Shown: piece by piece, positions 14,201 to 24,822 of the stretch
How the letters are laid out: the number at the start of each line of letters is the position of its first letter
Numbering within the stretch: the first letter of the stretch is position 1
Assembly: GCA_950097015.1 (NCBI GenBank)
Contig: CATNEN010000038.1
Location: 19,654,001 to 19,718,000, forward strand
DNA: 64,000 nucleotides
Source of the DNA: Macrostomum hystrix
Taxonomy: Eukaryota; Animalia; Platyhelminthes
Reading direction: 5' to 3'
Notes under the pieces: model-generated
What the model was told of the DNA's origin: nothing
Seen by the model: the letters and a program-made list of their open reading frames with translations, nothing else
Databases searched by the model: none
Program-made: the position numbers and the translations under genes

Positions 14201-14854
14201 TCCGGTCAGAACTCTAGCGAGATTCCTGTAAAAAACCTTGTCACAGGCAAAGGTACACCCAATTAGGAATTGACCATAAATAGAGGCTTTGTATTTTCAA
14301 AGACTAATTTGACGGAAGCAAGGTTTTAAGGAACTGGAAATTAAACAATGCCCTTATCGTGCGGGTTACAATTTCCTTCTTTTTGTCAAGAACATAATTC
14401 CCTTTTCAGTCAGCAGTTAAACTTTTATTTTAAAGAAAATCAGACTTGTTAAAGCTTTGCTTCTGGACCTTATTATTATTCTGTCCACCAACAAATTGTT
14501 TTTTACGAGTAATTACAATCAAAGCCTGAATTGTTTGCAATAAATGTTAATCTCAGCTTGGCTTGAATTAATAAGGATTGAGTCTGCTTAGCCCGAGTTA
14601 AAAACAAAGCAGGTGAAGGGTTTGAAGACCAAAATTAGCTTTAGTAGATACTGTAACCAACAGTCGAGCATTGCTCACCTTAAATGTATATTTTATTCTT
14701 GCATTTTTTAAGCTTTACAATCTCTCTTATTCAGACAGACCTATGTTTACAGGGGTTGATTACAGTACAACAGTTTCTTTGTTTAGCGAGTTAGTTGCTT
14801 TCAATGCATGCTTTGATTTGGTAATTTACAGTCAAGAGAAGCAGAGAGAAAGAA

Positions 14855-16560
14855 ATAGTGGGGTGGGTGTTTTTGGATGCGTAGTTGAGAGGAAGAGATA
14901 GTGGGGTGGGTGTTTTTGGATGCGCAGTTGAGAGGAAGAGATAGTGGGGTGGGTGTTTTTGGATGCGCAGTTGAGAGGAAGAGATAGTGGGGTGGGTGTT
15001 TTTGGATGCGCAGTTGAGAGGAAGAGATAGTGGGGTGGGTATTTTTCGATGCGCAGTTGAGAGAAGAGATAGTGGGTGGGTGTTTTTGGATGTGCAGTTG
15101 AGAGGAAGAGATAGTGGGGTGGGTGTTTTTGGATGCGCAGTTGAGAGGAAGAGATAGTGGGGTGGGTGTTTTTGGATGCGCAGTTGAGAGGAAGAGATAG
15201 TGGGGTGGGTGTTTTTTCGATGCGCATTTGAGCGGAAGAGATAGTGGGGTGGGTGTTTTTGGATGCGCAGTTGAGAGGAAGAGATAGTGGGGTGGGTGTT
15301 TTTGGATGCGCAGTTGAGAGGAAGAGATAGTGGGGTGGGTGTTTTTTCGATGCGCATTTGAGCGGAAGAGATAGTGGGGTGGGTGTTTTTGGATGCGCAG
15401 TTGAGAGGAAGAGATAGTGGGGTGGGTGTTTTTGGATGCGTAGTTGAGAGGAAGAGATAGTGGGGTGGGTGTTTTTGGATGCGCAGTTGAGAGGAAGAGA
15501 TAGTGGGGTGGGTGTTTTTTCGATGCGCATTTGAGCGGAAGAGATAGTGGGGTGGGTGTTTTTGGATGCGCAGTTGAGAGGAAGAGATAGTGGGGTGGGT
15601 GTTTTTGGATGCGTAGTTGAGAGGAAGAGATAGTGGGGTGGGTGTTTTTGGATGCGCATTTGAGCGGAAGAGATAGTGGGGTGGGTGTTTTTGGATGCGC
15701 AGTTGAGAGAAGAGATCGTGGGGTGGGTGTTTTTTCGATGCGCATTTGAGCGGAAGAGATAGTGGGGTGGGTGTTTTTGGATGCGCAGTTGAGAGGAAGA
15801 GATAGTGGGGTGGGTGTTTTTTCGATGCGCATTTGAGCGGAAGAGATAGTGGGGTGGGTGTTTTTGGATGCGCAGTTGAGAGGAAGAGATAGTGGGGTGG
15901 GTGTTTTTGGATGCGTAGTTGAGAGGAAGAGATAGTGGGGTGGGTGTTTTTGGATGCGCAGTTGAGAGGAAGAGATAGTGGGGTGGGTGTTTTTTCGATG
16001 CGCATTTGAGCGGAAGAGATAGTGGGGTGGGTGTTTTTGGATGCGCAGTTGAGAGGAAGAGATAGTGGGGTGGGTGTTTTTGGATGCGTAGTTGAGAGGA
16101 AGAGATAGTGGGGTGGGTGTTTTTGGATGCGCATTTGAGCGGAAGAGATAGTGGGGTGGGTGTTTTTGGATGCGCAGTTGAGAGAAGAGATCGTGGGGTG
16201 GGTGTTTTTTCGATGCGCATTTGAGCGGAAGAGATAGTGGGGTGGGTGTTTTTGGATGCGCAGTTGAGAGGAAGAGATAGTGGGGTGGGTGTTTTTTCGA
16301 TGCGCATTTGAGCGGAAGAGATAGTGGGGTGGGTGTTTTTGGATGCGCAGTTGAGAGAAGAGATCGTGGGGTGGGTGTTTTTGGATGCGCAGTTGAGCGT
16401 AAGAGATCGTGGGGTGGGTGTTTTTGGATGCGCAGTTGAGCGGAAGAGATAGTGGGGTGGGTGTTTTTGGATGCGCAGTTGAGAGAAGAGATAGTGGGGT
16501 GGGTGTTTTTGGATGCGCAGTTGAGCGGAAGAGATAGTGGGGTGGGTGTTTGACGATGCG
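14855..16560. repeat. ~43-bp minisatellite (GAGATAGTGGGGTGGGTGTTTTTGGATGCGCAGTTGAGAGGAA), ~40 copies
   Basis: Direct inspection. Confidence 0.97.
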
Positions 16561-16894
16561 CGGTCAAGAGATGTCTGACGTAAAGTCTGCGGTTTGATGA
16601 TGTACCTTTGAAAGGCGCTAATCGATTTATAAAGTGTTTAAAGTGCACTATAGACCGGGGATGTGGTACTCGTAGCTAGTGGCAAAGACACGGTCACTAA
16701 AAGCACACGGATTATATGGAATGAAAATGAATCCGGTTCTAAAAATCCGGAGCTCATGGACGGGGATAATAAAGATGCTGAATGAGTTAAATATCATATT
16801 TCACAGGTTTAAGGAGCAAAGCTCCTAAAGTGACACAAAATCATTGCATTTAATTTAACAGGACACGCAAAGTCGCGAATGAGATATGTCTCGT

Positions 16895-18163
16895 TTAACA
16901 GCGCAGCTTCAACTTTCCAGCAAGGCTTGAAACCTCCTGCCTTACCTGATCACTAGTGAACACAAACACAAACAGGTTCAGCATCGAGTCAATGCCGATG
17001 AGAATGTTGCAGACGTGTACGCTATTGTTAAACTTGTAGCCAACCAGTTCCAGCACGCTGCCCGGAGTTTCCAGAACAACGAAGGTCAGAGCGATGGCCA
17101 CAATGATCCCGGTGGCTCTGACCAGTCTCTGCTGCTGCTGGCGAAGCTGCTGACTCTCGGCCGGGCTTTGAACCGCAACGGCCAGGCCGTGGGACGTGCT
17201 CGCCGCTGTTGTCAGGTTGGACTGTGAGCTGCCTGCTCGCAGTTGCGAATAGTAGCAGCGCAACTCCGAGTCCTGCGCCTCCGCGATGGCCAGAGCCTGA
17301 CTGCCGCCCAGACCGACTAAGAGAACCGCTTGGTAGGTTCTGTCCGCTTGCCTACGGTGGTGGGCTCGTTTGTGCTGCTCGCAGCAGCACCAGCCGTGAT
17401 GGTGGCCTTGACCTGCTGGAGGTGCGCATCTGCAGCGCTTTCTGGCCAATTTGGTGACAATGAGTAGAGCGCTCAGCATCACCAGGCAGCTGGGCACGGG
17501 GAGCTGGAGGATCAGGATGATCTTCTCCACGGTTGGCGCCGGCAGTAGGAACGCGCCGAGGCGAGCGCCGGCAGAAGTCAAGCTGCCAACCAGGCAGAGG
17601 CAGCAGGAGCGTATGTAGAAGCGCCTGGTGATTCGCTGGCGAGCCTGGATCGGGCTCAGGATGATGAGGCAGCGGACCACGGACATGAGGGCGATCCACC
17701 AGTTGCGACCGAACAGAAAGCCGTTAGTGAGGCAGAACAGAATCAGCTGGCGCAGAGAGGACACTTGGCGGCTATCGGGCACAGACTCACTCAAGAGGCT
17801 GCTGAAGTTGTTGGCCCAGCCGGAGCTCAGGTCCAGTACATAGTCGCTAGGCAGTGAAGTGAAGTTTTCTAATTCGATGGCGCCAATTTTGAGCAAGCCC
17901 GCATCCGTCATGAGCAGTACTGGCTCAATTGGATCGTGCTGCACTAGTTGGGCACTAAATGCACAGTTAAACACGTCGAATGCAAAATTATTGGCGCACA
18001 GAACAGCGAATGCCACCAGCGAGGCGCAGGCTTTGTTCCTTGGACGCAGCAGCATTCGGGCGAAGATGATCACGGCGAATGCGTTGCTAAGCAATCCGGC
18101 CACGCTTAACAACAGGTTGCCCAGCCAAAAGGCTCGATTTACGGCTGAATAGGCTGTCGGCAT
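16895..18163 (-). CDS. Intronless divergent class-A (rhodopsin-like, peptide-receptor-like) GPCR, 422 aa
   Basis: Multiple hydrophobic segments; TM1 GLLSN, TM3 end WIALMSVVRCLIILSP (DRY equivalent), long third intracellular loop, TM6 FVVLETP, TM7 IDSMLNLFVFV followed by a helix-8-like segment. Confidence 0.8.
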   Translation of the reverse strand: MPTAYSAVNRAFWLGNLLLSVAGLLSNAFAVIIFARMLLRPRNKACASLVAFAVLCANNFAFDVFNCAFSAQLVQHDPIEPVLLMTDAGLLKIGAIELENFTSLPSDYVLDLSSGWANNFSSLLSESVPDSRQVSSLRQLILFCLTNGFLFGRNWWIALMSVVRCLIILSPIQARQRITRRFYIRSCCLCLVGSLTSAGARLGAFLLPAPTVEKIILILQLPVPSCLVMLSALLIVTKLARKRCRCAPPAGQGHHHGWCCCEQHKRAHHRRQADRTYQAVLLVGLGGSQALAIAEAQDSELRCYYSQLRAGSSQSNLTTAASTSHGLAVAVQSPAESQQLRQQQQRLVRATGIIVAIALTFVVLETPGSVLELVGYKFNNSVHVCNILIGIDSMLNLFVFVFTSDQVRQEVSSLAGKLKLRC

Positions 18164-18702
18164 GCTGTTCGTTCTCCCGCCTAAGATGGCATCAGCGATA
18201 AGCGATTTTCCAAGAGGATTAAATCAAACAGGAACGACTTAGATATTTTCATACCTTCGTCTGAGCAGCCCCCATGGACTCATCTGATTGGCTGATGAAG
18301 CTGCAGAAGGGCAGACGGTGAAACTGGACCAGCTCACCTGTTTGGGAAAGAGTCTATGGACTAATTCGGCATTCGGCATTCACATGCAGGGGCCTGCATA
18401 TTCATGATATTTCTAAAATCTTCTCACACAAGATGTTTGCAAATACGAGGGTATTCCTCGAAGAAGGAATAAGAAAATCATAATCATAATCAATAATTCT
18501 TTCTAAAAGTTAATTTTTTAACGGTAATTAGGCCTAGTCGTGCCCTCACTGGTACACATTTTTAACACTAATACTACGTTGAAAAGGGTTGATGTAATGA
18601 TAAATAATAATAATAATAAATATTATTAATACTAAGGATAAATTAGTACGCCTGCCCCACCGGCGCATCTGAAGGCTGCGTACGGCTGTTCAGGGACTGG
18701 AA

Positions 18703-19457
18703 CAGGGGTAGGCAAACTTATTTGCTGGCGGGCCAAAGAGAGAACCTAAAAGACGAAAGCGGGCCGCATTGACTGTACAAATATGAGATAGGGGAGAGAT
18801 GAGACACGGGAGAGATTAGACACGGGAGAGATAAGACAGGGGAGAGATTAGACACGGGAGAGATGAGACACCGGAGAGATGAGACACGGGAGAGATGAGA
18901 CACCGGAGAGATTAGACACGGGAGAGATTAGACACGGGAGAGATTAGACACGGGAGAGATTAGACACGGGAGAGATAAGACAGGGGAGAGATGAGACACG
19001 GGAGAGATAAGACAGGGAAGAGATGAGACACGGGAGAGATAAGACAGGGGAGAGATGAGACACGGGAGAGATAAGACACGGGAGAGATAAGACAGGGAAG
19101 AGATTAGACACGGGAGAGATGAGACACCGGAGAGATTAGACACGGGAGAGATTAGACACGGGAGAGATTAGACACGGGAGAGATGAGACACGGGAGAGAT
19201 TAGACACGGGAGAGATAAGACAGGGAAGAGATGAGACACGGGAGAGATAAGACACGGGAGAGATTAGACACGGGAGAGATTAGACACGGGAGAGATTAGA
19301 CACGGGAGAGATTAGACACGGGAGAGATTAGACACGGGAGAGATTAGACACGAGAGAGATGAAACAGGACACTGTAGATGTCAGAAGGGGCAACGGGCCG
19401 GATTTGGGAGCTTCGAGGGCCGCATCTGGCCCGCGGGCCGGAGTTTGCCGACCCCTC
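18703..19457. mobile_element. Non-autonomous hAT (Charlie/Buster-type) MITE with an internal 16-bp minisatellite
   Basis: TIRs CAGGGGTAGGCAAACT ... AGTTTGCCGACCCCTC; 8-bp TSD GACTGGAA (18695-18702) / GACTAGAA (19458-19465); GGGCCG subterminal motifs. Confidence 0.85.
18785..19360. repeat. 16-bp minisatellite inside the hAT MITE
   Basis: (TTAGACACGGGAGAGA)n. Confidence 0.95.
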
Positions 19458-20577
19458 GACTAGAAGGACGCCACACCCACCTTCAATAACCCCATCTGAT
19501 GCTGGTACCCATTGAACAGCTGGGTGAACTGAAGCAATGCAGAGTTTAGTATCGACTACAGGACACATACTGTTCCAATTAAATCGGGAATCGAACCCCC
19601 GACCTTCAAGTCGTGAGTTTCGATTAGTGGCATACGCTCTCACCCCTGAGCAAATAAATTTTTTTAACCATCCAAGATCATAAACGAGAGATCTGAAGTT
19701 CGAATCTGGGCCGAGAGTGGATGTAATTGATGCTGTTAAACAGGCCACTAAATTTCCTATTGGCTTCAGTTATTTTTGTTTTGAAAAAATACAAATGCTT
19801 TTATCTTAACATTCTAATTTACTTTTTCAGTACCAATTAATTTCAATATGCAAATAGTTTAGACGGACTTAAGAGCTCAAATTGAAAAAAAATAATGTTA
19901 TCAACTCGAAATGCAGAAAATATGTCGATGCAGCTTGTGTGATCGGGGCGGGGGAAAAAACTGTTTACAAAGCCCTCTTTTTTGTGGGGCCGATTGTTTT
20001 TCCTGCCTACAGACTGAAAGTGATATTCGCCGCCATAGACAACAGCTGATGCTCCTCTACTCATCTTAGCCGTGCAGCTGGGTGGGTGTTGACGGCCAAT
20101 TATGAATTATTCAGCGCCACCTGGGAGCTAACTCTATGGGAGCACAGGCAATCTCCATCAATTATTTCCAAACTGTTTTGCACCTTCTAAGGTATATAGC
20201 TCGGGCGAATTTTTTGTTGTCTGGCTCTGCACTCGCCACCCCCGCCCGCCCATTAAATCTGTTCTGAGTCCAACTACGGGAGCTTATTAAATAGAATGCC
20301 TAGCGCTGATTGCTGCTTTAGGAATGCTTAGAAATTACTGCCTCACAGTTTCGGAATGAAATTCTCTTTTGTGTTAGTCCAGCTTTGCAGCTGCTTGCTT
20401 TAGTGCATCCGATAGCTCACTGAAATACTGCTGAGAGATGAGGACCTGGCTTTGCTACCTGGCTTTGAGGCAGGCTGAGGGTAGACTAAGAAGACTGAGG
20501 ATCGACAAGGTGGACAGTAATCAGTGGGTAGATTAAGTAGGCATTCAGTAGACAAATTCAACAAAGTTATACGAGCT

Positions 20578-20915
20578 ACAATAATAATATTAATAATAAT
20601 TGCAGGAGGGCTGCGGGCAGTGGCACATCATTTAGTGACACTAGACCAGCAGACAGCGAGGACGCAATTCTGCCCGTTTCACTGACTCCTGAGCACACAC
20701 TCACACAGGTGTGTACATCTGCTCTAACTTTCTCATCGTCAGGCAGTGCACACTCTCACTGTGCCTAGGAGGTTGGCCCTCAATGGCGTAAATTGCACGA
20801 CAAGCCCCCAAGCCTTCTCTCCGACTCTGCGCCTCAAATGAATGCGGCCTCGCCGCGGAATCGAGCTCAGGGACCTTGGTGCGAGAAGCAAACGCGTTAA
20901 CCGCACTGCTAGCGA
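20578..20915 (-). mobile_element. SINE family A, near full-length copy
   Basis: (AAT)n tail at left, conserved body, GGAATCGAGCTC (reverse B box) at right. Confidence 0.85.
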
Positions 20916-21764
20916 CGCCCAGGCAGAATTGGATAGACTAGGTAGTCAATGCAGATAGTAGGTAGACATGGTAGATAATTGGTAGATAAGGTAGGTGTTT
21001 TGTACACACTGTAGATAACTGGTAGACAAGGTAAAATCGTTGTAGATAAGGTAGGTGTTTTTTAGTCAAGGTAGATAATTGATGGACAAAGTAGACACTA
21101 AATTGACGAATAACTGAGTCACGTGACCAAGTTGGAAATTTTTAGACTAAACACAGTCTTCCTTCTATAAAGATAAGCGATAGTTTGTCGACAAGAGTAG
21201 GCCAGGTAAAAATAAGAAAGTTCAGCTTTTCAACTTTTTAAGCAAGCTTTTGCAGCTCAGTTTAAACGCGTTGGCTACCTGGAAAATGAAAGAATCGATC
21301 GATAGACAGTGCAGTGAGCAGAAGTAGCTTAAAGAGAACATAAAATTTTTATCGTGATCGTTGCTGCAACAGGACGAGCACTTTTACATCCCGTGACATA
21401 CTGGGATAAAACTACACACTTTTTAAATACTTCGTGGTGATTCGCCGAAGTAAAATTAAGCGCTAAAAATAAAAATCTAAAGATTTTGGGGAAACAGCAG
21501 CAGCGACAGAAAAAATAACAGACGAACAATGTCCACTTACAGCTGCTTCTGAATTGCTTTCAACGGAAAGCAAAGTAACTCCCCAGGTTGTGCCTGCTTG
21601 AGTGAGCATCTTATTTAGCCCTTGCTGTATGGCCCTGCGGTGTTTAGGCCACCACAGCAGGGCTTCAGCGAAGCCGCGGAAACGCTGAAATCCTGCTTGA
21701 TCGAGTCGTTCAATGAGTTCAATCCGAACATGAGAGTGTCAAAGAAAAAACTTTGCATGAATGA

Positions 21765-22460
21765 ACACTATTGAGTCTGTCTGACACCATGGAGCCTGTC
21801 TAACACTATTGAGTCTGTCTGACACCATGGAGTCTGTCTAACACTATTGAGTCTGTCTGACACCATGGAGCCTGTCTAACACTATTGAGTCTGTCTGACA
21901 CCATGGAGCCTGTCTAACACTATTAAGTCTGTCTGACACCATGGAGCCTGTCTAACACTATTGAGTCTGTCTAACACCATGGAATCTGTCTAACACTATT
22001 GAGTCTGTCTAACACCATGGAATCTGTCTAACACTATGGAATCTGTCTAACAGTTCAGTCTGTCTAACACTATTGAGTCTGTCTAACACAATGGAATCTG
22101 TCTAACACTATTGAGTCTGTCTAACACCATGGAGCCTGTCTGCCTGTCTAACACTATTGAGTCTGTCTAACACCATGGAATCTGACTAACACTATGGAAT
22201 CTGTCTAACAGTTCAGTCTGTCTAACACTATTGAGTCTGTCTAACACAATGGAATCTGTCTAACGCTCACTGTGGAGTCTGTCTAACACTATTGAGTCTG
22301 TCTAACACCATGGAGTCTGTCTAACACCATGGAGTCTGTCTAACGCTCACTGTGGAGTCTGTCTAACACTATTGAGTCTGTCTAACACCATGGAGTCTGT
22401 CTAACAATTCAGTCTGTCTAACACCATGGAGCCTGTCTAACACTATGGAGTCTGTCTAAC
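21765..22460. repeat. 19-bp minisatellite, partly a 38-bp dimer (GAGTCTGTCTAACACTATT / GAGTCTGTCTGACACCATG)
   Basis: Direct inspection. Confidence 0.93.
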
Positions 22461-24773
22461 AGTATAATATTCGAGGTCAGTATTCATGCTCGTGACTTAG
22501 CGCTCCGCTGAGTGTCTCAGTAGCTGCGTGGGCGACATTGCTACGGAAGGAAGTTCACAAGCTACTGTATTTTTGCAACGCTTTGATCTGCTGCTGCCTC
22601 AGCTGATGCGTAATAAAAAAGATGCGGGGACATGTAAGGGCTTGAAGCGATGCATGGATCCTGAAGTATTGCTGTAATTTACAAGTAAAAATTATGCTTC
22701 TGAACTACTTATGCACAAGCGCATCAATGATTTCGTGTTTGACAGCTAGCTCAGCAATTAAAGTGGGAAATTGTTAAGCTACTTTGAAACTGCCCCAGAT
22801 AATTGAATACCGACAGGAAATTTTAAAGTCTTCATCGGCAGGTGAATTTCCCAGATGATACAATAATTCCTCAATAGAGAACGGCTGGCATGGGAGAGTT
22901 CAGTTCAATGTCATTTTATAACTAGAAAAATGACATTGAATTCACATTACAAGTCTTACTCAGCGAAATAAGACCTCATTCGAAGTTTAAATCCCATATG
23001 CTTAGGTTTCAAATTGGCAACGGAAGCGAAATTCTATAAAAGAGAACTGAAGTAAAAGTTTTCACAACCGATGCTCTATTTCCTTGCGTCATATTGTACT
23101 GCTGATTTAGCATGGCTTCGCGTGGAGCTAGGGTAACTGCGTAACGTAACTCACTATTAATGCACTAATTTTAAACACATAAAAAACTATTTCACAGACA
23201 CGATTTCTAAAACATTAGGATAATCTGTACTTTTCTACTAGACTTTCGTATATAAAAGTATGATTTTTTCACAATGAATCCGAAGTGAAAACATTATTCG
23301 ACTATTTGTTATTTAAATTAATAAATCTAAACGTATCCATTCTTATATTACAATTAAAGCAGTGACAGTAAGGAAACCGTAGAAAATATGGACGGTCAGT
23401 GAATTCATTTCACATTTGTGCACATTGGTGTGTTTAGAAAAACACTGAGTTAATATTATGAAAACTATTAGAATGTGTAGGTCTACAAAATCATCCTTCA
23501 ATAAACAACAGGTGATTGTAAAACGCTTTTACACCGGAAAGTTCTTGAGGTATAACAATACTAGTTTTTTATTTGATTAAAAGTAGGTTGCAAATAAAAA
23601 TGCTTTAGTTAAGAAAAGTTCTAACAAAGTAAAAATGTAAACTAAAATTTGAATCTAAAATAATTGTAAACAGAAATATATTATTCCTTTTATTTTAGTT
23701 TGATTAAATAGTTTTATTTATTTGTGTATTCCTGAGAACTTAAATATATGTGCACTTTTTCATTAAACATGATTCGACACACATTTCTTGATGTATAAAA
23801 AACTATTAAATTTCTTGTGACTGCGACAGTTATTTATTTAAATTAGTCTGATATATATATTTCCCCTGACAAATCTACGTGCTTTTTTAGTCCTACAATT
23901 TTCTTGCTTCATAGTTTTAATTTTTAGCCTTACATATACAAGAACAAAAAAGCAACTCTATTTTTACAAAAAAGAAATCTTACGCAAGCCAAAAACTATA
24001 AATCTTGTGTGCCACAAACATGTTTCTTCTGTTTTTTTCTAACAGATTCACAGTTATATACTTTTAACCGTCTATCTATAATCATAGTAAGAAGATCATG
24101 CAAAGCAATGGATTAGACAAATATAAAATTTTTATGTTTTCATTTATTAGTTTACTTTCATTTCATTTACTTTTAAATATAATTTGATGTTTTAGGATAT
24201 TCAGTAATTGTCGGGTTTATTTGTGTTTTGATGTTCTAATGGCATGTTGAACTCATATTATATTATTATTGTTATTATTAATCTGGGCCTTCATTTGCAG
24301 GTCAATGAAAGATTATTGATACTTTCTATATATTCCAAATCGTTTTTATCTATTTAAGTATCTCTAAAACTTAAATCCGAATTTTTAGAATAGTTAATGA
24401 TAAGCGAAATTAAACAAAAGTAATGAAAATATGATCTCAGTTATCTGAATTCGTTTTCAGTGCTCAATACACTCGTATCAAAAAGCAATCTTACAGTAAT
24501 TTATTCTTGAGAACTTATAAAGTTAATTATATCTTATTTGTCTTCTTAAACTTCAGTTTTTTGTTTTTCATTTCCTACAAGTATAAATGTAAACCTAATT
24601 CCTTTATGTTTGATATATCTGTCTTTTTAGATTTAAACCTAAACCTTAAGACGATCAAGTTGCGAAAGTTCGTCTAAAACAACTAGAATCGCAGTACTTG
24701 AAAAAACTAGTGAGTTCTATAGAGACAACAATTTAGAGAAAGGAAGTCATTAAGCAAACAAAAAAACTATGTT

Positions 24774-24787
24774 GTCGCCATGGTAAA
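24774..24787 (+). promoter_or_regulatory. RFX X-box-like motif upstream of TOGARAM1
   Basis: GTCGCCATGGTAAA versus consensus GTNNCC-AT-GGNAAC, 35 nt before the ATG. Confidence 0.5.
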
Positions 24788-24822
24788 TAGCAGACGCCAG
24801 CCCAGTATCGCCGGGGTCAGTA

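Larger units (their letters stand above)
18645..19650 (-). mobile_element. SINE family B (CORE-SINE-like), split by a hAT MITE at 18703-19457
   Basis: Reverse strand carries a GGTTCGATTCC B box and a MIR-core-like ...CTCTGCATTGCTTCAGTTCACCCAGCTGTTCAATGGGTACC; both halves are colinear with the uninterrupted 60905 copy. Confidence 0.7.

Noticed and set aside
14791-16648. 447-615 aa ORFs in all three minus frames
   Set aside because: Translations of the 43-bp satellite; the same periodic peptide appears in every frame.
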